This document shows positions 1-9,980 of a DNA stretch of 49,520 nt, in pieces (the first letter of the stretch is position 1; each line of letters opens with the position of its first letter). Origin of the DNA: Candidatus Parvarchaeota archaeon (GTDB taxonomy: Archaea > Nanobdellota > Nanobdellia > Parvarchaeales > Parvarchaeaceae); assembly GCA_023378805.1 (NCBI GenBank), contig JAMCSQ010000044.1, forward strand, positions 1 to 49,520. Direction: 5' to 3'. Below the pieces are notes generated by a model, which saw only the letters and a list, made by a program, of their open reading frames with translations, was not told the origin of the DNA and ran no database searches. The position numbers and the translations under genes are program-made.

Positions 1-209
1 TTTAAGTGATTTCATCTGATTATTTGAATGCTGCTCGTATTTAAAGTTTTCTTTGTTCTCATTTTTTATTAGATTCTGTTATTAGCTATCTGCGGTGTTC
101 CTAACTATTTTCCTTCTTTCAGATAAAATCGCATTTTATAATTTATACATTTCATTGTACGAACTTTAAGATATTACTGTCTTTGTAAATAAAATGTATT
201 ATAATCTTT

Positions 210-755
210 TTAACCTATATATTTTACCATTATAATTTCATCGAAATATTTCCCTTTATCTTTTAAAGCACCCTTCAATAAACCTACTTTCTTAAATCCC
301 AATTTTTTGTATAGATGGATAGCTCTGTCATTGTTTGCGAAAACGGAAAGCTTTACCATTTTTATCCCCGCTTTATGTGCATATTTCAATGCTTGCTGTA
401 CCATAAATTCGCCGATTCCCTTATCTCTATATAATTTTTTTATAAATATACCTAACTCTCCAACATGCATCGATTTTCCATATAACCTGTTTATTCCAAT
501 ATTTGCTGCTATGTTTTTGTCAATTTCGGCTAAAAATTGAATCCTCTTTTTTTCTTTAATCTCTTTTATAGCCTTTCTAACGTATTCTTCTTCCTGCTTT
601 CTATTTACTTTTTTATTTGCACCTATCGGTGCATGCTCATCAATCAATTCATTTATAAGGTTCATTAATTGCATCGAATCTTTTTTCAAAGGATAACGTA
701 ATAAAACAATAGTGCCATCTTTAGCTGTATACAACATCTCTTTCTGCAAGTTCAT
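210..755 (-). CDS. GNAT-family N-acetyltransferase
   Basis: Acetyl-CoA motif YRDKGIG and NDRAIHLYKKLGF. Confidence 0.9.
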   Translation of the reverse strand: MNLQKEMLYTAKDGTIVLLRYPLKKDSMQLMNLINELIDEHAPIGANKKVNRKQEEEYVRKAIKEIKEKKRIQFLAEIDKNIAANIGINRLYGKSMHVGELGIFIKKLYRDKGIGEFMVQQALKYAHKAGIKMVKLSVFANNDRAIHLYKKLGFKKVGLLKGALKDKGKYFDEIIMVKYIG

Positions 756-788
756 TATATTATCCTTATTTTTCGGTATTTAAATTTT

Positions 789-1574
789 CTAATTTTGCAG
801 TAGTGACGCAATAATCTTAAAAACAACTTCTTTACTTTTGTTCTTTCTATCTTTCTTGTTTTTGTGCTTTTGAGAGAAGAATTCTTCCTTATGCAGGGGC
901 CTATCACCGACTTCTAATATGCCTGCTGCTTTCTTATCGAAAGCTGCAGCTAATCTATATAAAGCAGATAGCTCCATGTCTATCGTAGATACACTCATCT
1001 GCTTGAAAAATTTCAACAATTCGAGGGTTTCTCCATAGAATAATTCTACCGTTGCATGATTATCATTCTTAACTTTTAGACCATAGCTCTGCGCATATCT
1101 TTTTGCTTTTTTTGTAAGCTCATTGATAAGGCCATTGTTTCCAACCGGTAAAAATTCAAAGGCATTGACGTATTCCGAACTAAGTTCTTCCCAAGGAAGT
1201 ACAAATTTTGGTATGTTTATATCCCCCGTATCAATATCATCAACCAATGACGCGGTTGTTCCTAAAAAGATGATCTCTTTAACACCTGGATTTTTAGCTA
1301 GTATGTAAAATCTATCAGTTGCTTCTGCTACACCTCTGTTTATAAAAAGAAAGAGCGTATCTTTTATTCTGTAATTGTTCTCCAGTTTGCTTAAATGTCT
1401 GTCGCCCGTTTTTAAAGTTTCAATTTTGTATTCCTTGCTTAATCTATCAATCCAATCATCGGGTAATACTCTGGCCCATTCTATTGGGCAGACTATAACT
1501 CTTTTTGTTAGCTTTTCAACGCCAAACTCTTCAATTAAAATCTCCTTTCTATTTACCTGTGAGTAGTATACCAT
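789..1574 (-). CDS. Nucleoside phosphorylase (PNP/UDP family)
   Basis: IIFLGTTASL, GDINIP and IDMELSALY motifs. Confidence 0.8.
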   Translation of the reverse strand: MVYYSQVNRKEILIEEFGVEKLTKRVIVCPIEWARVLPDDWIDRLSKEYKIETLKTGDRHLSKLENNYRIKDTLFLFINRGVAEATDRFYILAKNPGVKEIIFLGTTASLVDDIDTGDINIPKFVLPWEELSSEYVNAFEFLPVGNNGLINELTKKAKRYAQSYGLKVKNDNHATVELFYGETLELLKFFKQMSVSTIDMELSALYRLAAAFDKKAAGILEVGDRPLHKEEFFSQKHKNKKDRKNKSKEVVFKIIASLLQN

Positions 1575-1703
1575 TTTTTATTATGTCGCTGTTTATTTAA
1601 ATCTCTTAAAAATATTAAATTTATTAGAAAATTATTGGAAAATTTACCGGTTTTCGATTAAAATTTTCTAAACACTTTTATATGATGAGCTACTTGGATT
1701 AAT

Positions 1704-1961
1704 ATGGAATTGTTCCACAAAAAATTAAAGTGTGAAAAATGCGGAGAAGAGTTCAAAACAGAAGATGAACTCAATGAACACATGAAAGTGCACATGCAGC
1801 CTGAGCAGACTCAGGAACCTCAGCAAGAAGTGCAGTCAGGTGTTTCCGAAAAGCCAGAAGAAGAAAAGCAGGAAGCTGTAGCGGATTCAAGCGCTAATGC
1901 TGAAGAAAAGCCTGAAGCTCCTTCTGAAGCGCCGCAGCAGAATCAAGATAATCAGCAGTAA
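1704..1961 (+). CDS. Small C2H2 zinc-finger protein with acidic Q/E-rich tail
   Basis: CEKCGEEFKTEDELNEHMKVH (C-x2-C-x12-H-x3-H); TTTTATAT box upstream. Confidence 0.8.
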   Translation: MELFHKKLKCEKCGEEFKTEDELNEHMKVHMQPEQTQEPQQEVQSGVSEKPEEEKQEAVADSSANAEEKPEAPSEAPQQNQDNQQ

Positions 1962-2000
1962 GCTCTTTATAGATTCTGTATAAAATTAACATTCTTTTTT

Positions 2001-2020
2001 GGGTTGTAATTTTTCAACCC
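2001..2020. terminator. Possible hairpin/oligo-T terminator between convergent genes
   Basis: GGGTTG-N8-CAACCC flanked by T tracts. Confidence 0.3.
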
Positions 2021-2038
2021 CCTTTTATTTTTAGTCTA

Positions 2039-2680
2039 TTACAAATCAACAATAAATTCGCCTATATTATTAAAGTACTCCGATCTATTTGGGCATTTTA
2101 ATTTTATTCTATTGCCTATAAAATAATCCTTTGGCTCGATATTTATACTATGGTTTTGTCCGCATAACCTACAGGGTTCTACTGTTATAGTTAATGTTTC
2201 GAATGATAAAAGTTCGTTTAAAACATCAGTTACATGTTTTATAGCCTCCAACGCATGGAAATCTTCAACTAACTTTTCCTCATGTGTATAGTTCCTAAGA
2301 GATTTAAGATACTGCAGTATGTCTTTATCTTTCACTGGATTTTCATCACACTGAATCAAATGGAATAGCTTTGCATGGATTAATCTTATACTTTTTTTGT
2401 TGCCATTTTTGTCTTTATAGTGTATCTCTTTAATATTACTTATATTAAGGTAATGCTTAAGGCCCTGCTCCAAGCATCTGACTGCTAGTGATAATGCCGC
2501 ATCTGGGCAACCATACAGGAATGAATGTATGGCTTCGGAGTAAAGCAGCTTGAACTCCCCCTTTATGTTTGAAAAACTATAGGGATAAACGACCTTGATT
2601 TGTATTAACATGTTAAGCCGGTTACTGTAATTATCCACGGTTACAAGGTTTGGAACCGTTGGAAATGATATTCCTGCCAT
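2039..2680 (-). CDS. DUF4145/HEPN-like protein with C-terminal Zn-ribbon
   Basis: YSEAIHSFLYGCPDAALSLAVRCLE helix pattern, LRNYTH, C-terminal CRLCGQNH...CPN. Confidence 0.55.
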   Translation of the reverse strand: MAGISFPTVPNLVTVDNYSNRLNMLIQIKVVYPYSFSNIKGEFKLLYSEAIHSFLYGCPDAALSLAVRCLEQGLKHYLNISNIKEIHYKDKNGNKKSIRLIHAKLFHLIQCDENPVKDKDILQYLKSLRNYTHEEKLVEDFHALEAIKHVTDVLNELLSFETLTITVEPCRLCGQNHSINIEPKDYFIGNRIKLKCPNRSEYFNNIGEFIVDL

Positions 2681-2722
2681 TTATTTTTATGTTTTGCTGA
2701 GTATTAATTATTGTTTATTGGA

Positions 2723-4105
2723 TCAGCTGCATTTCAATGTACTGCCTATCAAAGAATAGGAGGCATTAAATATTCTTTCATGACTAGAGGAAAAATCGGC
2801 ACCAACCTCAAAGCAAATAGTTGAATTCTTTACGTACATTTCTATCGATGCCAAATAAAATGGCACTTTTGTTATATTGAATATCTTGCTGCTTTTGTAT
2901 ATCAACTGTACTCCTACATTATTTGACATGTTTACAAAGAACATCTGTGAAGGAAGATACCCTCCAAGTTTCTGGTAGCTTTTGTTATACAGTAGACTTG
3001 TAGCGTTTATCGGAAAGCTAGAATTTAATTCGCTTACATTTAATTTTCTAAGATAAGATTCAAATTTAGATGGGGAAAGATTCATTATACTTACATTATT
3101 CGAGGAGTTTATTTTTTGTTCTCCTGTTATTATAAAGTAGAACTGACTTAATTCAGGAAAGTACTTTTCTAGGTAAGCTCTCGCATTTTTTGAGTCGTTT
3201 TGTTTAATGTACTGGGAAATATTTAAGGCCTTTAAATTTGATGCAAATTCTGGAGAATTGCCGATTGCAGAGACTATAAATGAAGTTGGCAATAGAACAG
3301 CTATGCTGGTATTTTCGAGCACTTTTGTAAGATTATCAGTGCTCATATTAGAAGAATTGCTTGATGAAAGTAATGATCCTGTGGATGCAAAAATTCCATT
3401 TAAGTTTATGTTTACAAGCGAATTAGGGTAACTGTAGTTTATAGTTGTGGAATAAAAAGTACTTTTTCCCAACGAGCCTGTAAAGATGGAAAAGAAGGAC
3501 TGACTACCCAGACTTGATAGTGAACTAGATTGGAGCGGGAAAAAAGCATATAATGCTGCGAAAAATATAAATATGAGGAAAACAGCAGCAAAGAAATGCC
3601 CTGCTCCTGGAAGAACATCCTCAAGCCCTCCGTTTATGTCTTTCCAGCTTGTTAAAATGGATATAATTATTGCTACATAGACTATTATTAACAAGTAAAA
3701 AATATACCCAAAAAAAGTAAGGTTAAATGAAATTCCCGCTATAGTTAAACCTATCAATGAAGAAGCTGACAATAAGATTCCTAGCACTCCTCCTTTTACT
3801 CTTTTTTCTTTTAACCACCTGCTACTCGTATGGAAAAGTCTGCTCAATATAATAATTGAAAGCCCCAATACTATCCCTGCTCCAGAGATAAAATCTATGT
3901 CAGAAGGCAGGAATACAGAGATTACCGCCTTGGGTAAAAATGCGCTTAGTAAATTTATACCTAAAAAGAGAAGTAACCCGATAAATAGAACTGATACCCC
4001 GATTATTAATGAAATAAATCCTATTATCGAAAGGAGGATACATGCAGTGCCAGCAATATTGCTTTTCATGTTAAGATAATAGCTTTTTTTATATAAAAGA
4101 GTCAC
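2723..4105 (-). CDS. Membrane protein, about 5 N-terminal TM helices plus N/S-rich extracellular domain (start may be 4069)
   Basis: Hydrophobic N-half; many N-x-S/T sequons in C-half. Confidence 0.7.
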   Translation of the reverse strand: MTLLYKKSYYLNMKSNIAGTACILLSIIGFISLIIGVSVLFIGLLLFLGINLLSAFLPKAVISVFLPSDIDFISGAGIVLGLSIIILSRLFHTSSRWLKEKRVKGGVLGILLSASSLIGLTIAGISFNLTFFGYIFYLLIIVYVAIIISILTSWKDINGGLEDVLPGAGHFFAAVFLIFIFFAALYAFFPLQSSSLSSLGSQSFFSIFTGSLGKSTFYSTTINYSYPNSLVNINLNGIFASTGSLLSSSNSSNMSTDNLTKVLENTSIAVLLPTSFIVSAIGNSPEFASNLKALNISQYIKQNDSKNARAYLEKYFPELSQFYFIITGEQKINSSNNVSIMNLSPSKFESYLRKLNVSELNSSFPINATSLLYNKSYQKLGGYLPSQMFFVNMSNNVGVQLIYKSSKIFNITKVPFYLASIEMYVKNSTICFEVGADFSSSHERIFNASYSLIGSTLKCS

Positions 4106-4159
4106 ATTATTAAAATAAAAGGGTTATAGCATATTAATAATTAAATATTTAATATAATA

Positions 4160-4963
4160 ATGTATTCTAACAAAATGGACGAAAGGTTTGAACTAGTTAA
4201 AATGTTTGATTTAAGCGGGAAATCTGCTATAGTAACCGGTGCTTCAAGTGGTTTGGGCATAAGTTTTACAGAAGCTTTGGCAGAGGCGGGGGCTGATGTT
4301 GTAATCTGTGCAAGAAGAGATGAAAAATTGATAGAAAATGCAAACAGAATAAGCAAATACACAAATAGAAAGATAATACCCGTAAAAGCAGATCTGACAA
4401 AGGAAGAAGATATAATAAATGTTGTTAAGGTTGCAGAGGAAAAACTTCAGAAAATAGACATACTTATAAACAATGCCGGCTCTGCGGTAGCAGGCCCTTC
4501 TCTAAACTTAAAAAAAGAGGACTGGCAAAAGGTTCTTGATGTTGATATTTCCGCAGTTTTTATTTTTTCTCAAAAAGTTATAGCGAGCATGGTTGCTCAT
4601 AATATAAAAGGCAGCATAATAAATATAGCATCTATTTATGGTTTGTTTGGAGATATAATCCCTGCAGCGCCATACTATGCAAGCAAGGGCGCGGTAGTGA
4701 ATCTTACCAGAGCTATGGCAGTTGAATTTGCAGGCCAGAACATAAGGATAAATGCAATTGCTCCTGGATTTTTCCCAAGCGAGATGACAAACGATTTGTT
4801 AAAAGACAGGGCAATTCTTGATCATATTACACAGAGAACTCCAATGGGTAGAGTAGGCAATCCTAACGAGCTTAAAGGCGCGGCCGTATTTCTTGCTTCC
4901 AATGCAGCTTCGTATATTACAGGGCATATCCTTGCAGTAGATGGGGGATGGAGCGCAGTCTGA
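4160..4963 (+). CDS. Short-chain dehydrogenase/reductase
   Basis: TGASSGLG, NNAG, YYASK, NAIAPG, VDGG. Confidence 0.95.
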   Translation: MYSNKMDERFELVKMFDLSGKSAIVTGASSGLGISFTEALAEAGADVVICARRDEKLIENANRISKYTNRKIIPVKADLTKEEDIINVVKVAEEKLQKIDILINNAGSAVAGPSLNLKKEDWQKVLDVDISAVFIFSQKVIASMVAHNIKGSIINIASIYGLFGDIIPAAPYYASKGAVVNLTRAMAVEFAGQNIRINAIAPGFFPSEMTNDLLKDRAILDHITQRTPMGRVGNPNELKGAAVFLASNAASYITGHILAVDGGWSAV

Positions 4964-4969
4964 TTGTAT

Positions 4970-5503
4970 ATGGCAGAGCTAAAAGATCAAAATTTAAAGC
5001 ATTACATTGAAAACTACGTAAACTTAAGAAACGTAACATTGTGTTATCTTTTCGATAAAAAAGCAGATAGAGTACTTCTAGCAATGAAGAAAAGAGGATT
5101 CGGTGCCGGGAAACTGAACGGCGTGGGCGGAAAGGTTGAAAAAGCCGAAAGCATAGAAGATGCTCTTCTAAGAGAAACAAGAGAAGAAATCAATGTAAAC
5201 CTTAAAAAATTTGAGAAAGTTGCAGTAATAAATTTCTATTTTAAGAATAATCCAATTGAAAAGGACTTTAACCAGAAAGCGCACGTATTTATTGCTTACG
5301 AATGGGAAGGAGAGCCTGCTGAAAGCGAGGAAATGGCTCCGCAGTGGGTAAATACCAAGGGATTACCCTTTGAAAATATGTGGTCTGATGATATATACTG
5401 GCTACCTAATATCCTTTCCGGCAAAAAGTTAATAGCATCATTTTTATTCGACAATGAAAATAACATAGTGGATATGGACATAAAGGAAGTAAAAAGCTTT
5501 TAA
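4970..5503 (+). CDS. Nudix hydrolase, MTH1/MutT-like
   Basis: KKRGFGAGKLNGVGGKVE...RETREE Nudix box, SEEMAPQW, MWSDD; ATG at 4970 preferred over TTG 4964. Confidence 0.9.
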   Translation: MAELKDQNLKHYIENYVNLRNVTLCYLFDKKADRVLLAMKKRGFGAGKLNGVGGKVEKAESIEDALLRETREEINVNLKKFEKVAVINFYFKNNPIEKDFNQKAHVFIAYEWEGEPAESEEMAPQWVNTKGLPFENMWSDDIYWLPNILSGKKLIASFLFDNENNIVDMDIKEVKSF

Positions 5504-5514
5504 TCCCTACAGTA

Positions 5515-6666
5515 TCACGTATTAAAATCCTGAATAGTTACGCCTTTAATGAAGTTATTGAATCCTAAATTAAGTTCATTTACGTAGTTATTTCCATCAG
5601 AAAGAGCGGATATCTCATAAAGATTGGATTTGTTTACAGCAAGAACCGTTATTACCTCTGATTGATTTGTCTTAACTAGATAAGGAGAAAACTTTACGAA
5701 GGCTACAAACCCTTTAAGTTTGCTTATGCTATAGTTAGTTCCTACTGTAAAATCAGTTTCGTATGTACTTGAGTTGCATTTCTCCTCAGGAAAAAGAACA
5801 TTAAAAGTTTCATTTGGCTTTATACTCGCTACAGAAGAGTTGAATACCGTGCTGTTTTTTGGAGTCATGTTGGAAATTGAATATATTGAAGCATTTGTTA
5901 TTTTAACAGTTTGATTCAATTTACTCTGAAGAAACGCATTAAATCCAGAGATATTACACCTATAACCTGTCAAATTAAATGAGCCATATGATTCGGAAAG
6001 AGAGGTATTTGCGGGAGGAGTAGTATTTTCCACCGCCTCAATCCCAGATATCCCACCAATAGTTATATTATAAATTTTTTTGGAACTGGACAAAATATGA
6101 TAATAATAACTAAGGGTTTCATTAGTTTTCAATTCTCCTAGTAAAACGAGCATACCCGTTAACCCATCTGGTGAAGAGCCGTTTTTAATTGCCGTTGTGA
6201 TATCTCCCGTACTAAAAAGAGAATAGCTTTCAAAAGAAGATGAGCCAAGTCCTTCTGCATTTGCTGCTTTTGATGATAGAATTAGTTGGCTAATCCCAGC
6301 AAAATTACTTGAGATTAATGTATTCAGGGCCGAATTTGTAGTATTATTAGTATTAGAGATAGGCATGCTTAAACCAAGAGTACGTCTTACAAAGAGTCTT
6401 ATACCTAATATGTTATAGTGATAAAGAAGATATGCAATTATAAGAAGAATTATTATAACAACTACTGCAAGCACTATATATTTATTAATCTTGATTTCAC
6501 TGCTGGAATTATTTGGTATGTTATCATCAGAAGGAAGTACATTTTTGTTGTGATTAAGCTCTTCTTTATTATTTTGATTTTTTACTGAAGCAATTTTTAT
6601 AGCACTATCTGTATATACGCTTCCTTTATCCGTTTTATCAGCTGGATCATTAGGTTCTTCGTTCAT
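5515..6666 (-). CDS. Single-pass membrane-anchored extracellular protein
   Basis: Polar N-tail, one TM (YIVLAVVVIIILLIIAYLLY), sequon-rich ectodomain with two Cys. Confidence 0.7.
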   Translation of the reverse strand: MNEEPNDPADKTDKGSVYTDSAIKIASVKNQNNKEELNHNKNVLPSDDNIPNNSSSEIKINKYIVLAVVVIIILLIIAYLLYHYNILGIRLFVRRTLGLSMPISNTNNTTNSALNTLISSNFAGISQLILSSKAANAEGLGSSSFESYSLFSTGDITTAIKNGSSPDGLTGMLVLLGELKTNETLSYYYHILSSSKKIYNITIGGISGIEAVENTTPPANTSLSESYGSFNLTGYRCNISGFNAFLQSKLNQTVKITNASIYSISNMTPKNSTVFNSSVASIKPNETFNVLFPEEKCNSSTYETDFTVGTNYSISKLKGFVAFVKFSPYLVKTNQSEVITVLAVNKSNLYEISALSDGNNYVNELNLGFNNFIKGVTIQDFNT

Positions 6667-6769
6667 TTTATATCAAATAGTCTTGGATATATTTAATGTT
6701 ATCTATACTGCAATGAAACATATTTAACGACGGATAATTTAAATATTTATATCACTTAAAAAATATTCT

Positions 6770-7282
6770 ATGATGGATAAAATTAGGGAGATGAGTGGAT
6801 TAAACGATGAGGATATAGTTGATTTTCTTGACATTAAAACGGGATACAGTATTATAGATATAGGGGGTAGAGATGGTTTCTTCAGTAAGAAAATGCTGAA
6901 AAAAACCAACAATGTTACGGTTTTGGATCTTAATAATATATACTTCGATGAGCTTGAAAAAGCAGGCATAAAAACTATAAGAGCAGATATCTGCGATTAC
7001 TCTTCTGGCTCATTTGATTTAGTCTTCATGTCAAACGTTTATCATGATCTTGTAAATGAATGCTGTAGTAACACCTTGAAAAATATAAACAAAATGGCAA
7101 AGAAGTATATAGCTATACTTGATTTTAAGCCGCAAGACACAATGTTCGGCCCCCCTGTTAGTATAAGATTAAGCAAGGATAAAGTTATAAACGACATGCA
7201 AAGTATCGGTTTAAAATTAGTAAAAGAGAAGGAATTAAAATACCATTACCTTTTGCTCTTTGAACGGGAAACGAAGAATTAA
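6770..7282 (+). CDS. Class I SAM-dependent methyltransferase
   Basis: IIDIGGRDG, VLDLN, FDLVFMSNVYHD, FGPP. Confidence 0.85.
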   Translation: MMDKIREMSGLNDEDIVDFLDIKTGYSIIDIGGRDGFFSKKMLKKTNNVTVLDLNNIYFDELEKAGIKTIRADICDYSSGSFDLVFMSNVYHDLVNECCSNTLKNINKMAKKYIAILDFKPQDTMFGPPVSIRLSKDKVINDMQSIGLKLVKEKELKYHYLLLFERETKN

Positions 7283-7312
7283 AGGTTAAATACATTATAT
7301 CCTTTAAATTTA

Positions 7313-7954
7313 ATGGTCTTAAGCCAAGTATCTATCCAAGAAGAACAAGGTCGTAAGATAATAAGAAAAAAGTACAATAGCTTTAATTCTTATAAGTGGC
7401 TTTTATTTCCGGTATTCCAGTTTTTTTACCCGTTTGCTGCATTGCCAAAAAGCAGACTTGAAAGAGAACTTGAGTTCCTTAATTTCAATAGCAATATAAA
7501 GAAGCCAAAAGTTTACTCTTTCGATCTTTATAATAAAGAGCTAAATCGTGAATATATTGATGGACAAGTTGATTACCGTGATGGGTCAAAGCTAGGTAAA
7601 TTGTTTTCGAATATACACAAAGAAGGATATTCTCTCGGAGATTCGAAGCTAGATAATTTTATTTGTAATTCCGAAGGAGCATATGTAATAGATTCGGAAC
7701 AGGCAATCAAAACCGACAAGAAAAGATATAAGTATTGGGATATATCTCTGCTGATACTGTCAGCCGCATACTACAACTATTCAAATAAAACGGGCTTTAA
7801 GCAGTTTTTAGACGGCTTTTCAAAGGAGTATCTATATTGGCAGGATTATCAAAAAAGAGCAGTAAAGGGACTTTATTCTTTACTTTTTCTTTTTATGCCC
7901 ATACATCAGGTTTATAGCCTAAAATGTGAATTATCCAAAGTAAAGACTGGCTGA
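7313..7954 (+). CDS. Minimal atypical protein-kinase-like protein (Bud32/Kdo/RIO-like fold)
   Basis: REYIDG hinge, HKEGYSLGDSKLDNF catalytic loop, IDSEQA. Confidence 0.7.
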   Translation: MVLSQVSIQEEQGRKIIRKKYNSFNSYKWLLFPVFQFFYPFAALPKSRLERELEFLNFNSNIKKPKVYSFDLYNKELNREYIDGQVDYRDGSKLGKLFSNIHKEGYSLGDSKLDNFICNSEGAYVIDSEQAIKTDKKRYKYWDISLLILSAAYYNYSNKTGFKQFLDGFSKEYLYWQDYQKRAVKGLYSLLFLFMPIHQVYSLKCELSKVKTG

Positions 7955-7961
7955 TAAACCT

Positions 7962-8516
7962 CTATTTTTTCAACCTTATGGCCCATTCTGCGAGTTTTTG
8001 TACAAGATCCTTTATTAATGTTATCGTATCATCATCAACAAACAAACCATTTTCAATCTTGTCACCAGCACCTCCTATGAAAACCTGTGGTCTTTCAAGA
8101 GGATGCGCATTAAGAAATGAGAATATCTGTCTTAGATGATACTGTGCTACTGCAGTTCCTATTATGGCACCGCCGCTTGCGCCTATCGTTGCAACTGCTT
8201 TGTCATCAAATGAATTGTCACCGTATGGTCTGGAGGCCCAGTCTATTGCATTTTTTAGAACTCCTGGTATAGACCTATTATATTCCGGCGTAGCTATCAA
8301 TACTGCGTCTGAATTCTTTATTTTTTCCTTGAATACCTTTACGCTTTCAGGTATTTCCTTTTCTTCATCCTGATTAAATAAAGGTATACCATTTAAGTCA
8401 AGTATCTCTATCTCTACGTTTTCAGGTGCATATTTCTTAGCTGTGTTTATTATTGCTCTGTTGAATGAGTCCTTTCTAAGACTTCCAGCAATTGCTGCTA
8501 TTGTTATTCTTTCCAT
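7962..8516 (-). CDS. NAD(P)H-dependent FMN reductase (ChrR-like)
   Basis: GSLRKDSFN, TPEYNRSIPGVLKNAIDWASR. Confidence 0.95.
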   Translation of the reverse strand: MERITIAAIAGSLRKDSFNRAIINTAKKYAPENVEIEILDLNGIPLFNQDEEKEIPESVKVFKEKIKNSDAVLIATPEYNRSIPGVLKNAIDWASRPYGDNSFDDKAVATIGASGGAIIGTAVAQYHLRQIFSFLNAHPLERPQVFIGGAGDKIENGLFVDDDTITLIKDLVQKLAEWAIRLKK

Positions 8517-8552
8517 TTTTTAATCATGCATTAAATGTTTATAAATCTTTGT

Positions 8553-8574
8553 TAATATCGTAGAGGCGATATTA
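8553..8574. promoter_or_regulatory. Inverted repeat next to the FMN reductase TATA box
   Basis: TAATATCG-N6-CGATATTA adjacent to TTTATAAA (8538-8545). Confidence 0.35.
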
Positions 8575-8765
8575 TTTTCATCACTAAAAACTTCCCGGAT
8601 AAAGCCATTCTTAACTTTTCCTAAATCAAAAAGGTATAGTTGCTTTTTTAAATATACTTGTTGCTACTTGCCATTACAGCTTTTCTGTATACTGATGAAA
8701 CATGTATAAAACTAATAGATTTTAGGGGTAAAAGAATATATATGGCGTACTTTTATAATAAATGA

Positions 8766-9971
8766 ATGAAGAATATCAGCAAAGAAGAAAGGACTTTCAA
8801 GTTCTTTCTAATATCTAGAGCATCTAGAAGTGTAGCCCTTATATTTGTCACCTTGTCTTTGCCATTGTACTTATTTACACTTCATTATAACATAATATCC
8901 ATCGGTGTCATATATTTTGTTATAATGGCATTCAATGCCATTTTGTCAGTTCTTCTTGGGGCATTAGGTGACCGAATAGGGTATAAGAAATCGCTTATAA
9001 TTGGAGAAGTTTTCCCCCTTATGGCTTTGATACTGCTTACTGTTTCAGCAAATTTCTTTGCAATAGTTATAGCTGCAATAATAGGAGGAATAGCAGGTGC
9101 TGCAGGCGGCATGCGTGGGACTTTTTCACCGGGATCTACGGCATTGATAGTAAGCAATTGGAAGAATAATAACGAAAGGGTTAAAAAGCTTGCTGATACA
9201 ACCTATATTGGTTCTACGTTTGCAATATTCGGCAGCCTGATGCTTTATTTTAAGGCTTTCTTCATTAATTCCGTTGGGATAATAGGCAGTTTTAGGGTAT
9301 TATTTGGATTTTCAGCTTTTATGGTTCTTATTTCCCTGGTTGCATTGCTGTTTGTTGCGGAGGTAAAAAGACCTAAGAAGACTACTAAGGTTATGAAAAT
9401 TAGAAGCATACATTACTCTATTAAGGTTATTCTTGCAAATTCATTCAATGGTTTTGGATTAGGGATGGCAGTTCCTCTCCTTCCTTTGTGGTTTGAACTG
9501 CGTTTTGGCGTAAACAGCAGTCTTATTGGTATAATATATACTATTTCATATGCAGCCACCGCAATTGCAGCATTTGCAGCATCGAAGAAAGCATATTCGC
9601 CCAGGTTTTCTACGCTTTTCACTGCTTCGTATACCAGGGCATTGCAGGGAGTAATGCTTATAATAATAGCATTTTCCCCGCTGTTTATTCTTTCATCTTT
9701 TTTCTTTACTCTACGTTCATTTATAGCAGGTTTTGGCTCACCTTCCAGGAGTGCAGTAAATATGCATGGTGTTAATTCCCAGGATTATGGTACTGCCTCC
9801 AGCGTGATGGGCCTGGCAAATAGACTGGCACAGACCAGTTCCGGTTTATCTGGTTACTTGATGGATATTTCTCTTCCTTTTCCAGTTCTGTTTGGAGGGA
9901 TTCTTCAAACCGTCGGAGGATTTATTTACTTCAAAGTATTATCCCAACACAAACATGAAAAGAAAAGCTAA
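8766..9971 (+). CDS. MFS transporter
   Basis: About 12 TM; motif A GALGDRIGYK. Confidence 0.9.
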   Translation: MKNISKEERTFKFFLISRASRSVALIFVTLSLPLYLFTLHYNIISIGVIYFVIMAFNAILSVLLGALGDRIGYKKSLIIGEVFPLMALILLTVSANFFAIVIAAIIGGIAGAAGGMRGTFSPGSTALIVSNWKNNNERVKKLADTTYIGSTFAIFGSLMLYFKAFFINSVGIIGSFRVLFGFSAFMVLISLVALLFVAEVKRPKKTTKVMKIRSIHYSIKVILANSFNGFGLGMAVPLLPLWFELRFGVNSSLIGIIYTISYAATAIAAFAASKKAYSPRFSTLFTASYTRALQGVMLIIIAFSPLFILSSFFFTLRSFIAGFGSPSRSAVNMHGVNSQDYGTASSVMGLANRLAQTSSGLSGYLMDISLPFPVLFGGILQTVGGFIYFKVLSQHKHEKKS

Positions 9972-9980
9972 GATAAACAT

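Noticed and set aside
8575..8765. Possible gene remnant in the intergenic gap
   Set aside because: Only short frames without a start or recognisable motif.
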